Positions 27,730 to 38,160 of a DNA stretch of 64,000 nt are shown here, one piece after another (position 1 is the first letter of the stretch; each line of letters begins with the position of its first letter). Source of the stretch: a virus; IMG/VR virus record IMGVR_UViG_3300045988_135716, positions 1 through 64,000 of that record; one strand, given 5' to 3'. The position numbers and the translations under genes were made by a program. Below the pieces are notes generated by a model. It did not search any database and was not told the origin of the DNA. It worked only from the letters and a program-made list of their open reading frames with translations.

Positions 27730-30537
27730 CTAAATCGACATTCTTTTTTTTCTACGATATTCTCTATCAATTCTACGCTTTTCTTTTAATTGACATTCTT
27801 CGCATCGACAGGATTTAGTATCTTTTATATCAACCTCAAACCATTCTCCACAATCAACGCACTGAATAAATTTAGTTTTCTTTATAGGAATATTAGACTC
27901 AAGATTTTTTACAACGTATTGACCATAACAAAACCAAAATAATTGTTTTGATCTTTTGTTATTTCCATATAAATATTTAACAAGCATGTCTGTTAATTCT
28001 TCATTTGAATAGCCAAACTTTGAAAATTCATCTCGAATTTGACAAGCAACATATCTCAGATTATCAATATATTCATCTTTCATATTGATTTTGTACCTGT
28101 ACTTTTTATTTAATTCATCATATAAATCAGATACTTCTTTTTTACAAGTTGTATTAACATTGCTCATCATTTTATGATAATCAAGTTTTCCAAGTTGTAA
28201 TCCCCTTGTGTTAATTGCCTTATTTGGAATTACGCTATAAAGTTTATTTACAAAACTTCCATTTCTTTTTTCTACTTGAGTCTTATTTTCATCCTCACTA
28301 ACTTTTTTATCCTTTGCATATTCAAAAAATGCAGGTAATTTTTTATTAGTAAATTCCTTAATCTGTGCAGATATTTCTTTTGGAAACTCTGGTTTATATA
28401 GTGTCTTGGCGAAGTCAATAACAAAATTATTCTGACAACATAATCGCTTTACACAATTAGTAGCATGTTGTTTCTCTTCATCTGTACCGTCAATGAAAAT
28501 GTCACTGTTCCAAATCTTTGAAATATTATTACTATAAATGCCGATATTTCCACCAGTAAATGCAGCATTTAATCCTGCATAAATATTTTTATTATTCAAC
28601 TCGACTGGTTTTGCTTTTTGCATATTATAATATAATGGAACAATACCATTCATATTTCTTTCAGCAATACGAATAAAATCTTGATCAGCTACAACAAGAG
28701 ATTTATCACCGTCAACATCAAATTGAAGAATCTTACTAATTAAATCATATGTACTGGTATAAACGGCATTAGTTGTAAACCATTTTCTGATTTTTTCAAC
28801 TCTTTCTCCGTATACTTTATTGGCAACATTAAATCGTATAGCATGTTCTTTATATAAATGTGGACTTCTAAGACAATCTAATTTATCATAATATTTGAAT
28901 AACCAACAAAATACTTCTTTATCTGCTAATAATCCTGTTGGGGTTTCAATGTGTCCAAACCAATATTCACATGCGGCATAAAAATCAGGAAGTAAAAATG
29001 TATATTTCCCATTAATGTCTAATCGACCACTACGATATTGTTTGAGAAGACTATTTTTTACTTCTCTAATAACATCTTTTGCATATGTATCATTTAATAA
29101 CGCAGGATATATTTTAACCGCTTTTTGAAACGGTGTCATATTATCGTTATATGGGGTAATTCCTAATACTTCCATCATTGTTTTTTCTGATGTACATATA
29201 TTAGTAATCTTTTCGATTGACTTAGATGCTAAAAGTAATATTTCTTCATCCGATATATTGGTAAGAGTTTGCAACATCTGATAGTTGATTTTTGCATTTT
29301 TAACTCTATCTTCTTCTGTATTACATCTACCAGCTTGACAATTATATTTTTTAAAGTATGTTTTGTATTCATCCCATGAATCATAGAACTTGTACATTTT
29401 AAACTGACTCTTTGTAAATATAATTTGAATATTTTCTTCGATGACATCGTGTTCTTTACCATATATATCTTTGATGATAGGAGAGTGGCTGTTTACTTTT
29501 ATAAATTTTACAAAATCAAATACACCTAACAATCCTTTTATCCATGGCGCACGAAACATTGTATTTTTATCCATAAGACACGGTAAGATCATTCCAGCTC
29601 CATCAGTGTGTGGAATTGGCACTAAACCAGTTTTTCTTTCAATTGAATAATTTGTCTCGTCTATAAAATCAAATGTACCAGGAACATTAGTTTCAAAATC
29701 GTCAATTACAATACATCTATCAATATCAAAATCAACCCATTGATCTGTTGCTGAATTTGCTAATGCCATGTAAGCCAAATGTTTATTAACATTATTACCA
29801 CCTTTAGAATTGATTTTATCAATCGTTAATCCACACATTACGGTTTTTTCTACTTGATTCCATACAGATTCTTTTATAAAAACTGCTTTCTTTTTACGAA
29901 TTTGTCCTGCTGATGATGTAAAATATCTATATTTTTCACCTTTATACATAAAACCATAAAAAGATAAATCTTTAAAAACATCGAAATAGTAAACCTGTAC
30001 TACGATAAGAGCATCTGTAAGTTCATCTTTTTTAATTCCAATAGTTCTGGTAAGAGAAGATTCAAAAACTGAAATAACATTTGTATCTTTCAATTCTTCT
30101 TGTCTTAAATATCGCAATGGTATATCTTTTTTTATTTCATTTTCTTCATTATATTTTGCAGTGTTCTCTTTTTCATAAACCTTAGTTGCAAGGATTTTTA
30201 ACAATTTCTCTTTTGACTCATTAGCTTTCTTTCTTTTATGCGCAATTAAACGATTCCAATAATTTAGTTGATTTCTGAGCTGATTAAATTGATCCATATC
30301 AGTTATGGATGTTTTTTCTATATCACTCAAAATATATTCAATATCTTTTTTAATCAACTCATATGTATCATCAGAACATCCAATAGTATTAAAATCTTTT
30401 TTAATTCCATCAAGTTTATTACTAATATAGTTTCGTTCTCTTCGATATTTACAATTCATTTCGTGAAGATACTTTTCTGAATTACTATAAAAATGACCAG
30501 TATCTACACTATACATATTAATTTGCGTGTCTAACAT
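27730..30537 (-). CDS. single-subunit two-barrel RNA polymerase, YonO / RNAi-RdRP-like
   Basis: FDVDGD (DxDGD metal-binding loop, nt 28705-28719) about 45 aa after CLRSPHLYKEH. Upstream is MFRAPWIKGLLGV (F-R-x-P-x-x-KG, nt 29533-29556). C-terminal CxxC...CxxC ribbon. Confidence 0.65.
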   Translation of the reverse strand: MLDTQINMYSVDTGHFYSNSEKYLHEMNCKYRRERNYISNKLDGIKKDFNTIGCSDDTYELIKKDIEYILSDIEKTSITDMDQFNQLRNQLNYWNRLIAHKRKKANESKEKLLKILATKVYEKENTAKYNEENEIKKDIPLRYLRQEELKDTNVISVFESSLTRTIGIKKDELTDALIVVQVYYFDVFKDLSFYGFMYKGEKYRYFTSSAGQIRKKKAVFIKESVWNQVEKTVMCGLTIDKINSKGGNNVNKHLAYMALANSATDQWVDFDIDRCIVIDDFETNVPGTFDFIDETNYSIERKTGLVPIPHTDGAGMILPCLMDKNTMFRAPWIKGLLGVFDFVKFIKVNSHSPIIKDIYGKEHDVIEENIQIIFTKSQFKMYKFYDSWDEYKTYFKKYNCQAGRCNTEEDRVKNAKINYQMLQTLTNISDEEILLLASKSIEKITNICTSEKTMMEVLGITPYNDNMTPFQKAVKIYPALLNDTYAKDVIREVKNSLLKQYRSGRLDINGKYTFLLPDFYAACEYWFGHIETPTGLLADKEVFCWLFKYYDKLDCLRSPHLYKEHAIRFNVANKVYGERVEKIRKWFTTNAVYTSTYDLISKILQFDVDGDKSLVVADQDFIRIAERNMNGIVPLYYNMQKAKPVELNNKNIYAGLNAAFTGGNIGIYSNNISKIWNSDIFIDGTDEEKQHATNCVKRLCCQNNFVIDFAKTLYKPEFPKEISAQIKEFTNKKLPAFFEYAKDKKVSEDENKTQVEKRNGSFVNKLYSVIPNKAINTRGLQLGKLDYHKMMSNVNTTCKKEVSDLYDELNKKYRYKINMKDEYIDNLRYVACQIRDEFSKFGYSNEELTDMLVKYLYGNNKRSKQLFWFCYGQYVVKNLESNIPIKKTKFIQCVDCGEWFEVDIKDTKSCRCEECQLKEKRRIDREYRRKKRMSI

Positions 30538-30548
30538 TTATACCCCCA

Positions 30549-30776
30549 TTAAATACCATTGCATTCCCAAAATTCATCCATTGAATCATATCCACATCCA
30601 ACAATAGAATCGCAAAACATTTCGTAACCTACATATGCAAAATTAGCATCATCCATACAATTTTCAAAATGTTCACAGTTGGTACATGAATACAATTTTG
30701 AGTCATCTACATCATTGTATTTGCATACGCCCCATTTTTCTAAAAAATGAATATCACCAATATTTACATTGTTCAT
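30549..30776 (-). CDS. small Cys-rich protein
   Basis: Co-directional ORF; CTNCEHFENC motif. Confidence 0.5.
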   Translation of the reverse strand: MNNVNIGDIHFLEKWGVCKYNDVDDSKLYSCTNCEHFENCMDDANFAYVGYEMFCDSIVGCGYDSMDEFWECNGI

Positions 30777-30778
30777 TT

Positions 30779-31012
30779 TTAATCTTCCTCCATAATTCCA
30801 ATCTCATAATTTAACCATTCAGCTAAGTCTTTCTTTCCAGTAATACATTCCCAATGAGCATAATCACCATCGTTCCTTATATATTCTTCACCGTTATAAA
30901 TTCCATTACCGCAAATAGAGCAGTAGTGGGTTGCATTCTCAGGAATATAATCAGGACACGTTGATGGACAATAACTCATGTGGCAACCTGCGCACACCAT
31001 TAAGCAACACAT
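30779..31012 (-). CDS. small Cys-rich Zn-binding-like protein
   Basis: CAGCHMSYCPSTC...CSICG pattern. Confidence 0.5.
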   Translation of the reverse strand: MCCLMVCAGCHMSYCPSTCPDYIPENATHYCSICGNGIYNGEEYIRNDGDYAHWECITGKKDLAEWLNYEIGIMEED

Positions 31013-31443
31013 CCTTTCTCTAATTTTTCATATGAATAACCATCATTTGTTGTATAATATATTTCTCTAATTCCAAGATCTTTTATCGCTTGCATACAGC
31101 TTGCACAAGGTCTAGCCATTCCACACACAATATCTTTTCTAGTGCGGTATATGTACAACTTCACCTTTGAAAAATTAATGTTCAAATGTTTCAGTTGATT
31201 TATGCAATTAATTTCTGCGTGGAGTTTTGGTAGAAGTGATTCAGAATTATCAAAATCGTTGTCATCTATTCTATATCGGTTATAATACTTCTGGGTTGGG
31301 TGGGTTTTATTTGTATTACAACCAATTCCGATAATGCGATTCTGATAAACAGCGATACATCCAATATGTACCTTTGGAAAATCAGACACCTGTGCAATCT
31401 GCTTGGCTTTTGAGAAATATTTGTAATCCATTTTTCTCATCAT
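31000..31443 (-). CDS. dCMP deaminase (cytidine/deoxycytidylate deaminase family)
   Basis: HAEINCI and PCASC zinc-ligand motifs, 147 aa. Confidence 0.85.
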   Translation of the reverse strand: MMRKMDYKYFSKAKQIAQVSDFPKVHIGCIAVYQNRIIGIGCNTNKTHPTQKYYNRYRIDDNDFDNSESLLPKLHAEINCINQLKHLNINFSKVKLYIYRTRKDIVCGMARPCASCMQAIKDLGIREIYYTTNDGYSYEKLEKGCVA

Positions 31444-31610
31444 ATTTTCCTTATTTAATTATTCTCAATATATATTGATAAATTTTGGGTGAATTTCGAT
31501 TTTAAGTTGTAGGTGGAACAACTTAACAATAGATACCGTAGAATTGAAATTTGACTATCATTTCTTTATAATTTTACGATAAACTGAACATAAGAGAGTA
31601 GTGGTATATA

Positions 31611-31976
31611 CTATTTCTTTTTAGACTCACGATATTTTTGCAAATTCTGTATCAATTTTTCCTTTTGTTCTTCTGTTAATACTCTTTTAGGTTTGTTTGG
31701 ATCAGGTATAGAACCAGGGTTTATCTTTACCCATTTAAGCGGAAATTTCACACAAATGCTACCATCTTTATTTTCTCTAAAGTATTTAATCTCATCTTTT
31801 CTTTCAGCATAAATTTTCTTCAAACGAGTGATATGTTTCCTGTTTGTAAAAGTTGCAACGGCATATCGTTCACCAGATAAAAACTCAATACAATTTTCAT
31901 TATTTTTATCAAAATTTCTTTCAATCATTGTTTTTCTCTCTTTCTTTACTAAGAATATTTTTATGGCATTGTTCAT
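31611..31976 (-). CDS. hypothetical protein
   Basis: Co-directional ORF. An internal start at 31928 (MIERNF...) would remove most of the overlap with the upstream ORF. Confidence 0.5.
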   Translation of the reverse strand: MNNAIKIFLVKKERKTMIERNFDKNNENCIEFLSGERYAVATFTNRKHITRLKKIYAERKDEIKYFRENKDGSICVKFPLKWVKINPGSIPDPNKPKRVLTEEQKEKLIQNLQKYRESKKK

Positions 31977-32163
31977 CTACTCGCCAATCGGATGCAATTT
32001 TTTCTGCAATTCTGGATTGTTTTTGATTATTTCCTCTTGACATAATGAAATCCGCATTGTTTAACCAACCACTATATCCTCTATGTAATTCTTCTCTGCT
32101 TGGCATAGCATAATATTTGTTATAGCTGCATTCATGGTTTCTTCTGTTTTCTGTTTCTGTCAT
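31921..32163 (-). CDS. hypothetical protein
   Basis: Co-directional ORF. Confidence 0.45.
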   Translation of the reverse strand: MTETENRRNHECSYNKYYAMPSREELHRGYSGWLNNADFIMSRGNNQKQSRIAEKIASDWRVDEQCHKNILSKEREKNND

Positions 32164-32301
32164 ATTTAATGTTCTCCTTTGATTTAAAATTCATAATTGC
32201 ATCACTCCTTTTTGTGATACTGGTTAATAGTTATATATGTATATTCTCTTTTTTATTTATTCAATCATGTGTATCATCAACGTCCTTTCTATCCGTCAAA
32301 T

Positions 32302-33462
32302 TTATTTCACATCCTTACCTGTTAATTCTCCAAATGAATCTACATTATATACTTCTAGCATCTTTAAAATAGCCCATTCAATTTCTTGTTCATATCCTTC
32401 TTTATTAAGTACATAGATATTTGGAACATTTTGTGGTGGCTTTTTAGGATCTGGTTGTATACTACCTACTTCTCTTTTTATCAAAAGAGGTTTTTGGTTT
32501 TCACTAGAAGAAGTTAAACATTGAATACATTGATTTAATGTATCTTTTGAAATTGCCAATTCTTTTGCCATACTTTCCATGCTGCGAAAAAATGCTTCTG
32601 GTTTAGATTTAGGATTACTTATTGTTTCTTCATTATTTTTATTTTTTGGACGAATAAAAATATAAGAATTGATGTAAAGGAATGCCATTAATATATTCTC
32701 TTTGTTAATACTTGATTCACTCATCATTATGAAGTCAAGTTGCGAAGATGTAATTTTTGAAAATTTATCTGTTGCGTCAAAATTCTCTGGTATAATATCC
32801 ATTTGAATACATTCATTATATCCAACACTATGAATATCAAAATCAGAAGTAATATTAATCATGTTACTTTCATGTAAAAACAATAAACATTTGATTATTT
32901 CAAAAAATATTTTAGGTTTGTGTTTTGTTTGCTTATATTTACATAAATTGAATATCTCTGAAATCACAATATATGATTGATCTTCATAACTTCTATGTTT
33001 ATCAATTAAGATATATATAAGATAAAAAATTCTATGTAAATGATATTTCTTTTTAATGTCTACCTGAATAAAGCTATTTGGAACTCTGGCAAAATATTCT
33101 TTGTGTTTATTCTCAACATATGGATTGTTTATTGGAACAATATCATCAAAATCAAATTGAAACGCTATACCCAAATTAAAATTAGAATTATTATATCCTT
33201 TCAATACTGAATCATATTTTGATATATAAAACTTCTCTAAAGTTCTTGCTTCTTTGTAACTGATATTTTCTTTTATAATTTCATGTGAAAATCCATCATT
33301 CCATCCATATTTCTGAATATCTTTATAAAATTTTTTGTTTTCTCTATATCCATTACCATTACTCCATCTTTCTTTTTCTGCTTGTTGAGTAATCCCAATA
33401 TATTTTTTTCCATTAACTAAATTTGTATGTATATATACTTTGTAATTGTTTATAATATTCAC
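32302..33462 (-). CDS. GIY-YIG domain protein with large uncharacterised C-terminal region
   Basis: YKVYIHTNLVNGKKYIGIT...R...GYRENKKFYKDI...E motifs at the N-terminus. Confidence 0.65.
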   Translation of the reverse strand: MNIINNYKVYIHTNLVNGKKYIGITQQAEKERWSNGNGYRENKKFYKDIQKYGWNDGFSHEIIKENISYKEARTLEKFYISKYDSVLKGYNNSNFNLGIAFQFDFDDIVPINNPYVENKHKEYFARVPNSFIQVDIKKKYHLHRIFYLIYILIDKHRSYEDQSYIVISEIFNLCKYKQTKHKPKIFFEIIKCLLFLHESNMINITSDFDIHSVGYNECIQMDIIPENFDATDKFSKITSSQLDFIMMSESSINKENILMAFLYINSYIFIRPKNKNNEETISNPKSKPEAFFRSMESMAKELAISKDTLNQCIQCLTSSSENQKPLLIKREVGSIQPDPKKPPQNVPNIYVLNKEGYEQEIEWAILKMLEVYNVDSFGELTGKDVK

Positions 33463-33674
33463 CTTCCTTTTGACTTGGGCATATTATGCGAGCGTTCAGT
33501 TTACAACACCTGGGTGCTGTATGATTTTCAATTTTAGAAATTAGACATCAACTGGATGTTCTAAACTGAACAGAAAGAAGATATACTACTTTTTAATAAG
33601 ACAGACAAAATATATTTTATTTATTCATTACATTCATAAATAAAATATATTTTAAAAACCACATCTTGTTTGTA

Positions 33675-33881
33675 TCATTGAGTTATTGAAATATCATCCT
33701 CATACATTCCATTTTGTATATTCTCTCTTTGCTGGATATAAGTCTTAATACATTTCTCAATCTCTGGTTTATCAACTTCTCTTAACAGAGAGCCGATAAT
33801 TGATAGTATTAGTAGATTCTCTGAATGAATTAAATCAGCATAATTGTAAATCTTGTTTAATTTCTTTTCTAAATCTGTCAT
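33675..33881 (-). CDS. hypothetical protein
   Basis: Co-directional small ORF. Confidence 0.45.
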   Translation of the reverse strand: MTDLEKKLNKIYNYADLIHSENLLILSIIGSLLREVDKPEIEKCIKTYIQQRENIQNGMYEDDISITQ

Positions 33882-33886
33882 ATGTA

Positions 33887-34093
33887 TTATTTTTCTCTTC
33901 TTTCTTTTAAAATATCTTCACACACTTGAATAGCCATTATGAAATAGTCAGTGTTACATTTTGGATTTACTTTGCATTTCTTGAAATACGTTTTCCATTC
34001 CAGGATAGTATCAGTTGATTGGTTTGCTAAGTTTTTCAGTAATCTATTATATTTTGGGCTGTGATTTTCAATTGTAATGGTCTTAGTGGACAT
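33887..34093 (-). CDS. hypothetical protein
   Basis: Co-directional small ORF. Confidence 0.45.
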   Translation of the reverse strand: MSTKTITIENHSPKYNRLLKNLANQSTDTILEWKTYFKKCKVNPKCNTDYFIMAIQVCEDILKERREK

Positions 34094-34146
34094 TTATGTG
34101 TTTCTCCCTTCAAATTGATTTTTGGTATATTTTTTATAAAGGATAA

Positions 34147-34352
34147 TTATTTTGTGTCAAAAATTGTTGACATTACAAGTTTCTCTTTATGAAGTACTAA
34201 ATCATATTTCTCCAAAAGATTATCTACTAACTGCTCAAACAATACTCTTACAGTTTTATCATGCTCTATTGCATCTAATGTGTAACAAGTTTCTAGTTTA
34301 TTCTCGTAGCAATAATCATCTACAATCTGGTTTAGCTCAATATCAGGATATA
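34147..34352 (-). CDS. protein-like open frame with no canonical start; probable frameshifted C-terminal extension of the antirepressor
   Basis: About 68 sense codons (SDIYPDIELNQIVDDYCYENKLETCYTLDAIEHDK...) in the -1 frame relative to 34332..35009. No ATG/GTG/TTG and no SD. Confidence 0.4.
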
Positions 34353-35009
34353 TATCTGAAATTCTCTATATAGATTCTTATAGAGATCTTTCAGTTGGAT
34401 TTCAAAATATTCTGCTAATGCTTGATATTTAGGGAACATTTTTGATTGCCAATATGTAAATCTCTGTTTCTTTGATAATGCTTTTGGTATATTATTGTTT
34501 TCCAATGTAGATACTCTTGATTCTAATGAATCAAATTTACTATCAATCTTTTGTACAAGACTGGTTACACTCTGCGCTAAAGCTTGAATATCATCATTTC
34601 TTGCTTGTAATTTAGCAGTAGCAATTTTTAATCCTTGCTCACAAGCGATAAAATAATCTCTTGCTTGCTCATGTTTCTCAGTATTACCTGTCATTGAAAG
34701 TTTCTTTGCAAATTCTGATGTGAGTTTATAATCTGTCTTTGGTTTTGGATTTTTTGGTTTATCTCGTTCTTCTTGCATGATGAACGGGAAATAATCTTCA
34801 TTTTCAGTTACAAATTTATTATTTACGATATTTTTCTTACACCATCTAGCAAAATTACTTGGATTCAATTCTAAAAAAGCATATAATTTACTTGCTGTTG
34901 TCATTCCATCTTTATCAATCTGCAATGCAATCTCAATAGGTGTCTTATCAGATGTTGATGGTGTGATAGTAGTTGTTGTATTATTTTTGTCGTCTTTTAA
35001 TTTTCTCAT
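34332..35009 (-). CDS. AntA/AntB-type phage antirepressor-like protein
   Basis: ASKLYAFLELNPSNFARWCKKNI...EDYF...DYKLTSEFAKKLSM...ARDYFI pattern. The last 8 residues (QIYILILS) look like out-of-frame junk. Confidence 0.55.
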   Translation of the reverse strand: MRKLKDDKNNTTTTITPSTSDKTPIEIALQIDKDGMTTASKLYAFLELNPSNFARWCKKNIVNNKFVTENEDYFPFIMQEERDKPKNPKPKTDYKLTSEFAKKLSMTGNTEKHEQARDYFIACEQGLKIATAKLQARNDDIQALAQSVTSLVQKIDSKFDSLESRVSTLENNNIPKALSKKQRFTYWQSKMFPKYQALAEYFEIQLKDLYKNLYREFQIYILILS

Positions 35010-35028
35010 AGTAATTGATCTCCTTTAT

Positions 35029-35544
35029 TTATTTGTGAAATTTCTTATTTGTGTTGTTTCTATCGGCAATAAGTTTTAAGCAGCTCATTTCTTTCTGATT
35101 ATTACTTCTCTGTTTAGTAATAATATTTTGTGTTGTATATGAATTAAATATCTTCTTACAAATCTTTGCTTTATATAAATTCTCTATATCAGATTTATAA
35201 TTTTGTACTGTGTATTCTGGTGAATATGGATCATATGAAAATTGACTCTTTTCTGAATTTAATATTAGCTTTAGGAAATAACATAACTCTCTGATTGATT
35301 TACCGTTTCCTCTTGAGAGATGGTAGTATGATTGTGGTGTTATTTCTGATATGTATATTCTCTTATCGGCAAGATATTTATTTGTTATGGATTTGATTTT
35401 GTTTAATGTTGCCGATGAAAAATTCCATTTGTATATTGTAAGTGGTTGAAATATATTTGAAGTAATTAATAAGATTGATAGGATATAATCTTGTGCCATT
35501 AAAATATTTAGTCAAATATTCATTACTGTTAATTTTATTATTCA
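35029..35544 (-). CDS. hypothetical protein, probably split by a frameshift
   Basis: A strong SD plus ATG at 35544 opens a 55-codon frame ending at 35377. The 156-aa track ORF (35029..35499) overlaps in another frame and has a poor N-terminus. Confidence 0.35.
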
Positions 35545-35649
35545 TTTGTGTAATCTCCTTTTTATTTTAATGATTTTTGATAATTATTATTTCTCTCTTT
35601 GCGGATTGAAATATTTAGTTTGCATGTTACTGGTTGTAGATTCTCTATT

Positions 35650-36600
35650 TGAAACAAAGATGATCTATTTTTGCTGGTGAAAATTTGAGGTTAGGTGGGA
35701 TATGAGAGTAGTGATTTTTGTGAATGTAAAAGTACCCCCACTTATCTTTCTATCTAATATTCTCTATTTGAGATTCTGCTTGAGATATTTGTTGTAGATT
35801 ATATGATGTAGATTTAATTTGAAAATTGTAACGTGCAAATGCTAAGTTGCTCAAGTGATGGTATTTGTGATGTTTATTCTAAGTTGTACATTAGAATAGT
35901 GAGCATAGAATTGATTTTAGAGTTGTAGATGATATGTGATTGATATGAAATTGAAATGATTGTATCTTGAAGTGTAACTTTAGCATTTCAAGATTTTTTA
36001 TAATGTATTTTTGAGTAAATTTTTGTGATTAGAATTGTGTGAAAGTTTGACACAATTTAGAGAGGTATTTCCTGATGATGTGAGATTATGGACTTCGAGA
36101 TAGGTGTTTTGGGTGATAATTTTGATTGAGATGGGAGAGTGATGTGTACTTTTAATAGGAAATGATTGCTGCGTTTTAGGTAGATGTGGCAAGGGAATAT
36201 GGGATATTGCAGGATGATAAAATTAAATTAAGTTTATGATCTTGAGATATATAATTAGGTATCACTTCGAGAAGACTTCGTAAATTGTTAGATTTTGCAA
36301 GGGATATTGTGATTTGGAGTAGGTAATTTTGGGTGAAAATTGGTGATTTAGAATTGTCAGAAAATTTATTTTGCGTTGATATGCAAGGGTGCGGTCGAAC
36401 TCAGTCTCGAACTCATTTTGATTATTTTGGTGAATTGTGTGTAGGTTTAGTGCAATTTGTGAGGTGGTATGAGGGTGAGAAATTTTTTGTTGCTGGTGGT
36501 GAGTGTAGAGTGATGGATTACCAGTTTTGATTTTTGGACGAGTAGTGTGAGTTGAACTCATCAGTGGATATGACAATATCATATTAAAATTACAAATGTA
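35650..36600. other. C-depleted (G+T-rich on plus strand) non-coding arm
   Basis: Hand count: 17 C in 360 nt (35881-36240). Only composition-artefact ORFs. Confidence 0.8.
35964..35999 (+). terminator. terminator-like hairpin inside the C-depleted arm
   Basis: atcttgaa-N15-ttcaagat followed by T5-6 on the plus strand. Confidence 0.4.
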
Positions 36601-37019
36601 AACTATCCCCGTCCTACTGGTATACATTATAAAACAGGATCATAAAATCGGATTAAAATAGTGTAATATGCAATTCCCGAAAAGCCTTGCTATTGTTGAA
36701 TAAAACTAACTTTTGCACTTTTGTGGGAAGTGTAAAAAAGTCAAGTTTTGTTATTATTTGACATTTTTACTCCGGTCAAAAACATGGGGGTGGTACAGGA
36801 TATAAAAGTTAGTATGATAAAACTAAAATTTTATCGGGTATTCTGGATATGAGATCACGGGACGGTAGACTTTAATTGTATAGACAATTATAAATATTAT
36901 TATAGTATACTCGAAAAAAGGAAAAGTGAGAAAATGAAAGAAAACAAGAGAAAATGAGCGAAAAAACGTGAATAAATGACTATCGGTCAATTCTGTTCGT
37001 TATGTTGGATTTCCAACAA

Positions 37020-38160
37020 AAAATTTGATTACAAGATTGTAACACAAAATCATAACACAAACTTATATCACCACTTGCACCACAAAAACGTAACAAAATA
37101 GACTAATACACTCCACTTTATACCCAAAAACAGCGGTAAAAATGGGATAGCGCACCACTACAAAATAATACATAAATGTAACACAAAAATTGTATCACAC
37201 TCATATAACACAAAAATCTGGACGAAATAAAACCATCTGGACGCACAACAGTAGACTCTACCAGATAGCAAGATCACACCCCAAACCATCCCCCAAAATA
37301 CAATATAAAATCATATTAACATAACACAATATACTCATACAATAACATCAAATAACCATACATAAACTCACAATAATATACAATATAATATACATTATAT
37401 ATCACATAATACATCACATATAACTTACAATATACATCTATCTATATTCAACTATATACCTACAATATACCACATAATATTACTATTATAATACCTCTGA
37501 TATATCATACAATATACTACAATACATACTCATACAATCAACCATAATGCCACATAATATAACGCATAATATACTCACACTAACCACACCACATTATACA
37601 ATCTGCATCCTATAAAACCATTGCAAATACTACATTCTAACACCATCCAGGGATTAAAATATAACATCAGATCACGATAAAATTATCTTAAAACAGGACG
37701 CAAAACACCACATAAAAACAGATAAAATTATACTCCAAACAAGATAAAAACCACACGCCAAACAGATAAAAATACCTCACATTTCAATCATAAATCAGAC
37801 AAAATACTCACACTTTACCGCAATATTTTACCCATTCGCACACAAAAAACAACGCTATTCTATACAAAATTTTGCATAAAAATACATCAATCAAACTGTA
37901 TAAATATACAATATTCTTGCATAAAATAGCGCACATTTTGACGTAAAAATACACCTAAAAACATATTAAAATGATACAAAAATATCATCATGCTGCACGT
38001 TTCAAACAGTCCAGATATACGATTGTAAATATATCATACTTACAAAATGACCTTGTAAAACGCTCTATAAACGACTTTAAGCGCATAACCCTATATAATT
38101 ATCATATCTAATATAAAAGCCCTTAAAACGTCAAATACACGCTTATAAGGCTATCTGTAC
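37020..38160. other. G-depleted (A+C-rich on plus strand) non-coding arm with several short direct-repeat families
   Basis: Hand count: about 75 G in 1140 nt and zero G in 37321-37440. No ORFs. Confidence 0.8.

Noticed and set aside
35650-36600. G-quadruplex-forming array on the G/T-rich strand.
   Set aside because: G runs of 3 or more are sparse and not clustered four-in-a-row within loop distance.
35998-36627. ORFs of 64, 121 and 65 aa inside the C-depleted arm.
   Set aside because: Their low-complexity translations (Thr/His/Gln/Pro/Asn-rich or Gly/Val-rich) simply reflect the missing base. I noticed no SD. The frames are open only because stop codons are rare in this composition.
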